Shown piece by piece: positions 31,215 through 39,803 of a stretch of DNA of 64,000 bases. Under the pieces are notes generated by a model. The model was given only the letters and a program-made list of their open reading frames with translations, was not told the origin of the DNA and did no database searches. The DNA lies in IMG/VR virus record IMGVR_UViG_3300024297_000001; one strand, 5' to 3'. Each line of letters begins with the position of its first letter. Within the stretch, counting starts at the first letter, position 1. A program made the translations under genes and the position numbers. This stretch comes from a virus (lineage: Duplodnaviria; Caudoviricetes).

Positions 31215-31795
31215 GATTAACAGGACACAAAGCAGGAATTGGAAAAGCATTTTACGAATTATACAAACATGATTATGTTTGGGTACTGCTTGACAGAAAT
31301 GAAGAATGGGCATGTGATGTAAGAGATACTGGAAAAGCATTTGATCATTTACGTGATGTTGATATCTTTATTAACAATGTTTACTGTGAAAATACACAAA
31401 GTACACTGTTTGATATGTGGAGTGTGTTTAATCAAGACAAAGACAAGTTATGTGTAAACATAGGATCAGTTGTTGCAAATACTACAAATGATATTTTCTT
31501 TGAAGAAGATTATTACAAAAACAAATTAGAACTACACACAAAAACACATCAATGGAATAGTTTAAGACCTGAGTGTAAAGCAAGTCTTGTTGTTCCTGCA
31601 TTTTGTGATACAGACTTTGCAGGCAAAGATGTTTATAAAAGCAAAGAAGTATTAGAAGAACTAAGAACAAAGTTTCATTATTTTAAAAAACAACACAAAT
31701 TATTAAAACCAGAATCAGTTGCAAAAGTAATTAAGTTTATAATTGATGAATGGGAAAGTGGAAACCATATCAATACATTAGAGATGAGAAATTGA
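31205..31795 (+). CDS. Short-chain dehydrogenase-like (minimal SDR)
   Basis: TGHKAGIG, DIFINN, NIGS, YYKNK (YxxxK). Confidence 0.65.
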   Translation: MQVGLTGHKAGIGKAFYELYKHDYVWVLLDRNEEWACDVRDTGKAFDHLRDVDIFINNVYCENTQSTLFDMWSVFNQDKDKLCVNIGSVVANTTNDIFFEEDYYKNKLELHTKTHQWNSLRPECKASLVVPAFCDTDFAGKDVYKSKEVLEELRTKFHYFKKQHKLLKPESVAKVIKFIIDEWESGNHINTLEMRN

Positions 31796-32694
31796 AATTA
31801 GAATATGTAGACATAACGAAAAAAGATTGGTTCCTTGTTAGTTGGACTCTCAGCAACAAGTGTAACTATCGTTGTGAATACTGTCCAGACATTTTACATA
31901 ACGGAAGTACAGGACAACCTAAATGGGAAACTGTAAAAAACTTTGTTGAAAAATTAAAAGTACCTAAGACAATGTGTTACAGAATAAGTGGTGGAGAACC
32001 TACATACTGGAAACACTTTATTGATCTTGCAAAACTTGTAAAAAAACAAGGACACTATTTTAGTTTTGTCACAAACGGAAGTCAACGTGTAAAGTATTAC
32101 AAAGAAATTAGTAATTACACAGACGGATTTATTATTTCGTATCATCCACAATACGCAGACGTAGAACATTTTATTGAAGTAGCAAACAGTGTTGACTGTC
32201 CCGTTGCTGTACACCTAATGATGGTACCAGAAAAATTTAATGAGTTAGAAAGCATTGCTAAACAGTTATATGAAGGTAGTGATAATCTTACAGTTGAGCC
32301 TAAGGTGATCGTAGACAAAACAAGTCAAGAACACGTAACAAATGAAGTTACAGTTTACACACCAGAGCAAAAAGATTTGATCAATAACTGGAAGTACAAA
32401 CGAGAGTTTGACTTTAGTAATTTACACCGCGGAGAGTTACTACTAAATAATTCAGTAGTTACTGCTAACGAAATCCTACTGCAAGAAAAAAATATGTTTA
32501 GTGGTTGGAAATGTTGGGCAGGTATTGATGGAGTAAATGTAGATATGTGGGGTAACCTATATAGAGCAGATTGTCAATTCGGCGGTGCGTTAGGTAACCT
32601 TGAACGTTATAAATTACCCACTGAGCCAATAGTATGTGGTAAAAGTGTGTGTAGTTGTTTAAGTGATATATTCATTAGGAAGGAAGTTGGATGA
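31792..32694 (+). CDS. Radical SAM protein with C-terminal Cys cluster (paralog of 25999)
   Basis: CNYRCEYC, SGGEP, FSGWKCWAG...ADC...VCGKSVCSC; likely TTG start in a TTGA overlap. Confidence 0.88.
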   Translation: MKLEYVDITKKDWFLVSWTLSNKCNYRCEYCPDILHNGSTGQPKWETVKNFVEKLKVPKTMCYRISGGEPTYWKHFIDLAKLVKKQGHYFSFVTNGSQRVKYYKEISNYTDGFIISYHPQYADVEHFIEVANSVDCPVAVHLMMVPEKFNELESIAKQLYEGSDNLTVEPKVIVDKTSQEHVTNEVTVYTPEQKDLINNWKYKREFDFSNLHRGELLLNNSVVTANEILLQEKNMFSGWKCWAGIDGVNVDMWGNLYRADCQFGGALGNLERYKLPTEPIVCGKSVCSCLSDIFIRKEVG

Positions 32695-32942
32695 CAAACG
32701 TAACACGCAAAGATGCATATAGAGTTTTTTGGTTAGTAAAAGGTCACTTTAATGCAACAGAAGATTGTATCTTTGATTGTTATGATAGTTATTTTAAAAG
32801 AGTTTGGTACATGGAAGAAACATATTTACATGAAGAAGGTTTTGAAGAAGCATACGCAAAGGTAACAAACACATATACTCAACGTGCTTGGGACAGAACA
32901 GTTGGTTATGGAACAGTGCCAGAGGAATACAAATGCGAATAG
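32691..32942 (+). CDS. Hypothetical protein
   Basis: 83 aa ORF, ATGA-coupled. Confidence 0.55.
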   Translation: MTNVTRKDAYRVFWLVKGHFNATEDCIFDCYDSYFKRVWYMEETYLHEEGFEEAYAKVTNTYTQRAWDRTVGYGTVPEEYKCE

Positions 32943-33481
32943 TTGTAACAGGTAATCCTAAGTATGAAGGATTATGCTCAGGTATATGGGAAGCCTACAG
33001 TCGTAATCAAGTAGAATTTATTGGTAGATGGAATGACTGGGATCTTACAGATGCTGACGCAGTAGCAGAATACGTAAAAGATCATAATGTATTTGTAAAC
33101 AGTCAATACGGTCCTAATGGCGAACAAGTAGAATTGTTACGTAAGGTATATGAAAAGTTTAATGGTGAACACATTATTAATATTTCAAGTACAACAAGTT
33201 ATTGGGGTGACGGTTATAATCCAGGCGACTATCTTAAAAACAAAACTGAACTTGATGAATTAAGTAAGAAGTATTCACAGTACGGAACATTTGGTAGTAG
33301 CAAAATTCGTGTAAGCAATATTGCGTTTGGTCAACTTGCATCACAAACACAATTAGATAAAAGCACTAATAATAAAATTAGTTTACTTGAAGCAGGTAAA
33401 CTTGTTAAATGGGTAATTGATAGTCCACGTAGTTACAACTTACACTATATGGCACTTGATCCTATACAAAGAGATCTTTAA
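32933..33481 (+). CDS. Short-chain dehydrogenase-like (minimal SDR)
   Basis: IVVTGN, VFVNS, INISST, YLKNK (YxxxK); SD GAGGA before ATG 32933. Confidence 0.6.
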   Translation: MRIVVTGNPKYEGLCSGIWEAYSRNQVEFIGRWNDWDLTDADAVAEYVKDHNVFVNSQYGPNGEQVELLRKVYEKFNGEHIINISSTTSYWGDGYNPGDYLKNKTELDELSKKYSQYGTFGSSKIRVSNIAFGQLASQTQLDKSTNNKISLLEAGKLVKWVIDSPRSYNLHYMALDPIQRDL

Positions 33482-34580
33482 GTTCCGGACAAAAATTTAA
33501 AACACTTGTATCTCTAATCTTATCTAAATCCTTAGTATAGTTTACAAACATATCTAATAGTTTACTATTGTTTTGTTCGTATGTTATGTTAGGCAACTTA
33601 TGTTTAATGTTGTGTAATATTTCATTAGGCAATACACGTGGATTCAAATAGGCAGGTTGTGCTACAACATTATTAAAGTATATACTCCAATTATCTTTTT
33701 TGTTAGCATCAAACCAATCTTGTATTTTATCCAAGTGTGAAATGTTATATGCCATTACAGTTACAGCAATAATAATTCTATCAAAGTCATATTGTTTTAA
33801 ATTATCATTTAGTTGTTCAAACGTAAAGTTCTTTCCACCTCTAATGTATTCATACAATCCATCAGTACCTTCAACACTTACAGTCCATTTAGTTTCGCCA
33901 TAATGTCTTGCAAGTTCTTGTACTTCCTCATCAACGATCGTACCATTCGTAGTCCAGTCAAGTGTAACATTTTTTGCAACTCCTAAGTCTATAAACTTCT
34001 GCAATATCTTTTTGTTTGCAGGTTCCATATAAGGCTCTCCGCCTTTAATACTAAGATAACGTAACCCCATAAACGGAGTAGGATCTTCAAATAGTCTTTG
34101 TATTATTTGTTCACTTTTATTAACATATCCAAACTCTGGATTGTCAATTCTTCTATGATATGGGTTACCATTTTTTGCAAGTTTCAATTCGTCCTTGACC
34201 CAAGCACTTGAATTGATTCCATCGCACATACGGCATTTCAAATTACAAATATTACTCATATTGAACTCCAAAAATTTGATATCGTGGAAGTTTTTTGAGT
34301 AATCATTATTGGATCCTTCAAGCATAGGATTCAAAATATCACGGAAGAATAATCTTCGGCTATGACCTACTGTAGCCTCTTTTAAAGCACATTGTTGGCA
34401 CTCGGGCGGTAACACTCCATTACGGATACTATCCTTTGTGTATGACGCTGTAAATGCGTTTAAGACGGTGTTTAAGGGCTCTTGTAGCACGTTTCCGTAG
34501 CGGTTTGTGTACACACCATCGGGTACAATATCGCCGTTAAAACGTACCAAAATACTATGCCAAGGTGCGTAACATTTCAT
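33462..34580 (-). CDS. Radical SAM protein with degenerate N-terminal SPASM-like region
   Basis: CNLKCRMC, KGGEP; N-terminal CYAPWH...GDIVPDG (CC replaced)...ECQQC; SD GGAGAG before ATG 34580. Confidence 0.9.
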   Translation of the reverse strand: MKCYAPWHSILVRFNGDIVPDGVYTNRYGNVLQEPLNTVLNAFTASYTKDSIRNGVLPPECQQCALKEATVGHSRRLFFRDILNPMLEGSNNDYSKNFHDIKFLEFNMSNICNLKCRMCDGINSSAWVKDELKLAKNGNPYHRRIDNPEFGYVNKSEQIIQRLFEDPTPFMGLRYLSIKGGEPYMEPANKKILQKFIDLGVAKNVTLDWTTNGTIVDEEVQELARHYGETKWTVSVEGTDGLYEYIRGGKNFTFEQLNDNLKQYDFDRIIIAVTVMAYNISHLDKIQDWFDANKKDNWSIYFNNVVAQPAYLNPRVLPNEILHNIKHKLPNITYEQNNSKLLDMFVNYTKDLDKIRDTSVLNFCPELKDLFV

Positions 34581-35019
34581 CGAATTTCTCTCCAAAAGCA
34601 GACCTTAAATCGCTTTCCAATTTATCAAAAACCACATTGGGTTGATACACACCTACATTGTCCCAATCAATTAATTCATAGGAATCACCCTGTACAATAA
34701 TGTTACTGAGTACCCAATCTCCGTGTGCAAATGGTTGTGTTTCATTTATGTTCTGTAAACAAAAGTCGTATATGCTTTTTACAAATTCAGATGTGTGCGG
34801 TAGTGTGTTTGCTACAGTGCCTTCGATAATTTTAGTATCAATAAACATTCTGCCACCTTCAACACCATGATTAATAATGTAACCAGGACGCACTTCTTCC
34901 ATTATATCAATATGGTCGTCAAGCCATTCTTGATTTGTAAAGTCCCATTGCTTACGATAAAAGTTTGCACCTTTGTAAACACGTCTTAGTTTTTCTTTAT
35001 TTTCCTTTATTAATTCCAT
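34555..35019 (-). CDS. APH/choline-kinase-like phosphotransferase (minimal)
   Basis: FAHGDWVLSNI (HGDxxxxN) and LIDWD. Confidence 0.75.
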   Translation of the reverse strand: MELIKENKEKLRRVYKGANFYRKQWDFTNQEWLDDHIDIMEEVRPGYIINHGVEGGRMFIDTKIIEGTVANTLPHTSEFVKSIYDFCLQNINETQPFAHGDWVLSNIIVQGDSYELIDWDNVGVYQPNVVFDKLESDLRSAFGEKFDEMLRTLA

Positions 35020-36049
35020 ATGCTTCTGCAACTTCAGGAATGTAATCCTGTATGTGGCATCCTCTTAATTTATCAAATGTTTTTATCCAATGTAAAAATG
35101 CATTTTGTTGTACTTGATCTGGTTCTTGGTTTACCCAATACTTAAATTTTTCTGGCGAAAACTTTTTAATTGTATCAGGTGCATTCTTTGAATCAAAGTA
35201 TGTAGGATGAAAAAGTAAATTATCAAACACATCAAAGTCATTTGTTTTTGCCCATGCAACAATATCATTGTAATTATGTAAGTTCATTATTTGTATAGTT
35301 GGACCTACACTTTTATATTTTACAAATTCTGCCCAACGTAACATATTTGTTTCTACAGTTTTCCAATCACTTCCCCAACGTATGTAATCATTTACTTTAC
35401 CTATACCGTCAATACTAAAACACATATTAACAGTATCGAAACGTTTTAGTTCTTCATATACATTAGGATTAATAATTGTAGCATTAGTATTAAATCTTAT
35501 TTCAACACTGTTATCTAACTTCTTAAGAAACTTATGTAAGCCTCTTACCATCATAGGTTCGCCACCTGTTAAGTACACTTCTCTAAGTTCAGGTAAACTT
35601 GCAAGGTAATCTCCACGTTCTTCTGTGTACCAATCGTAATTAGGAAACTGTTCATTACCCCAAGGCGATTCCATACCTTTTGCAATTAGTTCTTTATGAT
35701 CCTGATTAACACCGCTTGATGTTGCAGGGTAACACATAGTACACTTTAAATTACAGTTACTACCAAAACGTAAATCAAGATGACTTACACCAGGCCCGTA
35801 TGGTCTTGGTTTTGTACGTTGACTACCTTCACCGGACGCTTCTTGTATTTCGCATTTTTTACAAGCCTCTGGGAATTCATTATTATCAAACTTTTGAACT
35901 GCGTCTTTAAACACTTTACTTTCACGCCATTCTTCTATAGTGTGTGTTTGAATGTTTTCTTTGTTTGTAGGTTCGTTACTAATACAACACAGACGAAACT
36001 CGCCAGAAGTTCTAATGCAAACTTGATGATCTAAATATTTACACTTCAC
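34997..36049 (-). CDS. Radical SAM protein with N-terminal SPASM/twitch-like cluster
   Basis: CKYLDH...GEFRLCC...ACKKC; CNLKCTMC; TGGEP. Confidence 0.9.
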   Translation of the reverse strand: MKCKYLDHQVCIRTSGEFRLCCISNEPTNKENIQTHTIEEWRESKVFKDAVQKFDNNEFPEACKKCEIQEASGEGSQRTKPRPYGPGVSHLDLRFGSNCNLKCTMCYPATSSGVNQDHKELIAKGMESPWGNEQFPNYDWYTEERGDYLASLPELREVYLTGGEPMMVRGLHKFLKKLDNSVEIRFNTNATIINPNVYEELKRFDTVNMCFSIDGIGKVNDYIRWGSDWKTVETNMLRWAEFVKYKSVGPTIQIMNLHNYNDIVAWAKTNDFDVFDNLLFHPTYFDSKNAPDTIKKFSPEKFKYWVNQEPDQVQQNAFLHWIKTFDKLRGCHIQDYIPEVAEAYGINKGK

Positions 36050-37025
36050 CGCAAGTTACCTCACATATTTTAAATCTATTGTCACTTGGATGATTTAGTA
36101 TATCGCTTTCAAGTATTTCTTCTAATGGCATATTATTAACATTAGGCCATTCTACACTGTTACATTCTTTTGCATAAGGACTATCAGGATTTTTAGCATA
36201 ACGATCACTTAACAAATAGCAACAAGGAAACACTTCGCCTGTATGACTTATTTGTATTTTTTGTTTTTTCTTCCACTTACAAGTTATACAACCTTTATCA
36301 AATCCTTTTTCAATCAAACCTTTTACACGTTTTACATTATCTAACTTACTTGTATCATATGCAATGGTACGTGCTTGTTCTTTTTTAGTTGCTTTAAAAG
36401 TTTCTACTGCTTCATTAATAACACTATCAATAGCAGTAAAAGTATAACCACCATTAATGTCAAAAACTTTGAAACCCATGTCTTTGCTTAATTCTTCTGC
36501 TTGTTCTATTTGATGTTTGTTATGTTCAAACACAAGCATACGCCAACGTGCAATACCACCTGAGTCTATAAATGCTTTTGCATTTTCCATAACACTTTTC
36601 CATACCACATGTCGTCTATATAAATGATTAGTATCTTCCAATCCGTCTATGCTAAAGGTAATAATTGCTTGAGGGAAGCCACTTAAAATTTGTGCTAACA
36701 TTCTATATAAATTAGGTTTACCTATACCACCATTAGTGTGTATCATAATTTTACATTTTAATTTTTTTCTTGCATACTCTAATGCAAAAGGTAAATTAGG
36801 ATTCATAATAGGATCGCCATAAGATCCATTAAAAATTATTTCATCAATTCCTTTAGCATTGTCAACAATGTTCTTCCAAGTGTCCATATCCATATGACCA
36901 AGAGGCATGTTAGGATTGACTTTTACTCCGTCAATATTCCGTGAGCAGTTACCGCACATAGCATTACAATGGCTCGTGAAGTCTACTACAAGTGTCTTTA
37001 AGTCCTTTTTTCGTACGAATGGCAT
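36039..37025 (-). CDS. Radical SAM protein with C-terminal twitch domain (paralog of 28919)
   Basis: CNAMCGNC, GSYGDP; ITC...ISHTGEVFPCC...CEVTC; start reassigned to ATG 37025. Confidence 0.88.
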   Translation of the reverse strand: MPFVRKKDLKTLVVDFTSHCNAMCGNCSRNIDGVKVNPNMPLGHMDMDTWKNIVDNAKGIDEIIFNGSYGDPIMNPNLPFALEYARKKLKCKIMIHTNGGIGKPNLYRMLAQILSGFPQAIITFSIDGLEDTNHLYRRHVVWKSVMENAKAFIDSGGIARWRMLVFEHNKHQIEQAEELSKDMGFKVFDINGGYTFTAIDSVINEAVETFKATKKEQARTIAYDTSKLDNVKRVKGLIEKGFDKGCITCKWKKKQKIQISHTGEVFPCCYLLSDRYAKNPDSPYAKECNSVEWPNVNNMPLEEILESDILNHPSDNRFKICEVTCGEV

Positions 37026-37030
37026 CATAG

Positions 37031-37078
37031 TATTTACCGCCAAAAAAGTAGCACTTAATGAACCCTGGCAGGTAAATA
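37031..37078. promoter_or_regulatory. Back-to-back late boxes, each 5 nt before an ATG
   Basis: Minus: ggcggTAAATA-ctatg-ATG(37025). Plus: ggcaggTAAATA-tgagt-ATG(37084). Confidence 0.7.
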
Positions 37079-37083
37079 TGAGT

Positions 37084-37800
37084 ATGCAGGAATTAGAAAA
37101 ATACCATAGCGAACATGGCATCCTGAAGCAAGAATTATACCCAGATACATTTGATCCGAAGTGGTTAGTAATGGAAAGCGGTTGGGGTTATTTTCATCTT
37201 AGTGCTTTAGATAACCAACCATGGAAAGAAATGCACAAAGAAGCAGAAGCACTTGCTGATAAGTTTCATAGTCATAGAGAAGATAGTTATGGCAAAGGTT
37301 GGAAGAGTCTAACACTACATGGACTAAATGAAGATACACAAAGTTTAAATCAATATGGCGATAGAGATAAAGTTCTTGAAGAATTAGATTGGACTTGGGT
37401 AGCAGACGAATGTCCTGTTACTAAAAAGTTTTTAACAACAGTATGGCCTGCAGAGTTTTTAAATCGTGTAAGGTTTATGTTACTTGAACCAGGCGGTTAC
37501 ATACTACCACATCAAGATCGTAAAGACGAAGAAAAGCGTTTGAGTGTTTGTAACATCAGTCTAAACAATCCAGAAGAATGTCAATTTGTTTACAAAGACA
37601 AAGGCATTGTTCCTTTCAAAGACGAAGGTAGTGCGTTCTTAATGGATATTAGTAACGTACACAGTGTTTGGAATCGTAGCGACAAACCAAGAATACATAT
37701 GATTATACATTACGAACTTGGTAGACGTACAAGAGATATGTTTTATACATTAAGGGAAAGTTTCTACACTAATAGGAGAACACTTGATGGATTGGAATAG
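37084..37800 (+). CDS. 2OG-Fe(II) oxygenase (aspartyl/asparaginyl beta-hydroxylase-like)
   Basis: ILPHQD, VHSVWNRSDKPRIHMII; start reassigned to 37084. Confidence 0.75.
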   Translation: MQELEKYHSEHGILKQELYPDTFDPKWLVMESGWGYFHLSALDNQPWKEMHKEAEALADKFHSHREDSYGKGWKSLTLHGLNEDTQSLNQYGDRDKVLEELDWTWVADECPVTKKFLTTVWPAEFLNRVRFMLLEPGGYILPHQDRKDEEKRLSVCNISLNNPEECQFVYKDKGIVPFKDEGSAFLMDISNVHSVWNRSDKPRIHMIIHYELGRRTRDMFYTLRESFYTNRRTLDGLE

Positions 37801-39241
37801 TCTTACAGTTGATCGTTATTACGAAGATCTAAATTCTAATAACGAAGTTGGTGTAGGTATATTAGACATCACACGAGATATCGATAACGAATTTGTTGCC
37901 AAACGTACATTCGATATGACTTACTTCTACATTAACAGAATGATTAAAATGAACTTATGTTCATATGTAGGACGACATAAGACTGTAAAAGAAATATTAG
38001 AAAATGCAATTATAGAAGGTAAGAAATATTGCATGGTGGCATGCCAAGGATTACTATTATATAGAGGTCCAAGTTTAGTGCAGAAAAGTGTTGCATACGC
38101 AGAAAACAATCCGCAGTTTTTTGTTATAGGACATATTATGGACAAGCAAGGCCAACATCATTATCTAACCAAAGGTGCTTATCCTGGATTACATAGACAA
38201 TACTTGTTTGTAAATTTAAACAAATGGGTTGAATTAGGACAACCAGAGTTTGATGAACTTGGTGTGTTTACTGACCGACCAAGAAACTACCGCAATGTAG
38301 AATACAGTGAAGAAAAGGTTCACAGTGAATATACACCTAAGTGGGTAAAAGGTGCAGAAGGTTATATGCAGAGTACTATTACTGCTGATGGAAGTAACTG
38401 GATACATCTTGCCGCAGAAAATGATATTACTATTGACAATCTTGATAACGATATGCGAGAATGTAAAGTATTTTTATATCCTTACAACAAGCCAGACATA
38501 CTTGAAAAGGTATGGTTAGATAAAACTAATGACAAACTTGTTGATCAATTAAACTACAGTCAACGTGCATGGATACGTAAATTAGGATATCAAGAAGAAA
38601 TAGAAAAGAACAGAGTGTATGCTTTTAACACAGAAAGATTAAGTGGAGAAGGTGTACGTACAAGTACTTTTATAGATCATTTCTTTAGTGCGGCCGCAGG
38701 ATTTAAACCACTTGCAATATTAAATGCAAACGGCTTTCATGAAGGTACTACAGTACATTACTTTGATTGGTGCGAAGCAAGTTTAAACTATAAGAAGCAT
38801 TTATTAGAAACTTGGGACGGTTATGATTTGGATAAATGGCTCTTAGAAAACGATTTACAGTATAATTTCAGTAGCACTTACCGTGCCAACTATAAACAAT
38901 TCTGGGAACAAGAACTAAAAGAGTTCGGTGGAAACCTTGCTTTTCAAAGATTATGGTCAAGGTATAGAGATTTAAAACATGAGTTTCATGTAATTGATAT
39001 TGTACAAGACAGTGATAAACTGTTTGATATAATAGATAATGTACACGGAACAAAAGTATTATGGACTACAAACATATGGTCAAGCGAAATGCTACAATGG
39101 AATATAGAACCAGAAGAACTTGAAAAGCATTACACAAAATTTAAAAGCAGAGTAAAAAATCTCGTAGTATACGGACACGATTACTGCGGTATTGATTTAA
39201 ACGATAGTGTCAAAGGAAACTATACACATGTCAAATTTTAG
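37784..39241 (+). CDS. Hypothetical 485-aa protein
   Basis: Long intact ORF in the operon; no family recognised with confidence. Confidence 0.7.
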   Translation: MMDWNSLTVDRYYEDLNSNNEVGVGILDITRDIDNEFVAKRTFDMTYFYINRMIKMNLCSYVGRHKTVKEILENAIIEGKKYCMVACQGLLLYRGPSLVQKSVAYAENNPQFFVIGHIMDKQGQHHYLTKGAYPGLHRQYLFVNLNKWVELGQPEFDELGVFTDRPRNYRNVEYSEEKVHSEYTPKWVKGAEGYMQSTITADGSNWIHLAAENDITIDNLDNDMRECKVFLYPYNKPDILEKVWLDKTNDKLVDQLNYSQRAWIRKLGYQEEIEKNRVYAFNTERLSGEGVRTSTFIDHFFSAAAGFKPLAILNANGFHEGTTVHYFDWCEASLNYKKHLLETWDGYDLDKWLLENDLQYNFSSTYRANYKQFWEQELKEFGGNLAFQRLWSRYRDLKHEFHVIDIVQDSDKLFDIIDNVHGTKVLWTTNIWSSEMLQWNIEPEELEKHYTKFKSRVKNLVVYGHDYCGIDLNDSVKGNYTHVKF

Positions 39242-39803
39242 AATAGAACGGGTTGGCAGATATTGTAGAATAGCAGATTGGCAAGTAAATGTTGACCTAA
39301 CAGATTATTATAAAAGAGCAAAAGAAAAAGGCTTTGTTAATAATGCAAGTCGTGAAATGCTTATTGATTGTTTTAATAATGAAAGCCAAATGCACTTGTT
39401 CTTACTTTACGAAGATGATACAATTATTGGAACACAGGTGTTACATACGTTTCCAGAGATGGGACCTAATTGTTGGAGAGTAGGAAGAACAAGTTTACTT
39501 GTACCACCATTAGGCAAAGGCAAAAGTATTATTACAAAGTTTCAAAATCATACAGATCAATTTTTACATCCTGCCGTTATTAAATTTGTATCAGAACGCA
39601 AAGGTGAATTGTATTCAACTACAAATATGAATCCAGAAGCCAAACAAAATCAATCACACTTAATATATTTTCCTTTAATAGAAAAGATGGGTGTAGTTGA
39701 TAAAGTTGGAGATATGGATTACAGATATACCAAACAGTCAGTTTGGAAATTTAACTTTAATCGTTTTTGGGAATTGTATAACTTATTTCCTAAATGGAAT
39801 TAA
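39228..39803 (+). CDS. GNAT-like acetyltransferase
   Basis: LFLLYEDDTIIG...WRVGRTSLL...GKG; SD AAGGAAA before ATG 39228. Confidence 0.5.
   Translation: MSNFRIERVGRYCRIADWQVNVDLTDYYKRAKEKGFVNNASREMLIDCFNNESQMHLFLLYEDDTIIGTQVLHTFPEMGPNCWRVGRTSLLVPPLGKGKSIITKFQNHTDQFLHPAVIKFVSERKGELYSTTNMNPEAKQNQSHLIYFPLIEKMGVVDKVGDMDYRYTKQSVWKFNFNRFWELYNLFPKWN

Noticed and set aside
18620-37025. RiPP pathway suggested by SPASM radical SAMs
   Set aside because: No RRE/PqqD domain, precursor-like peptide, protease or exporter recognised; neighbours are sugar enzymes. Not fully excluded, since virion proteins could be substrates.
36907-37121. Overlapping N-terminal extensions of the divergent ORFs 36039-37121 and 36907-37800
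   Set aside because: The extensions are low-quality sequence spanning the twin promoters; true starts are more plausibly 37025 and 37084
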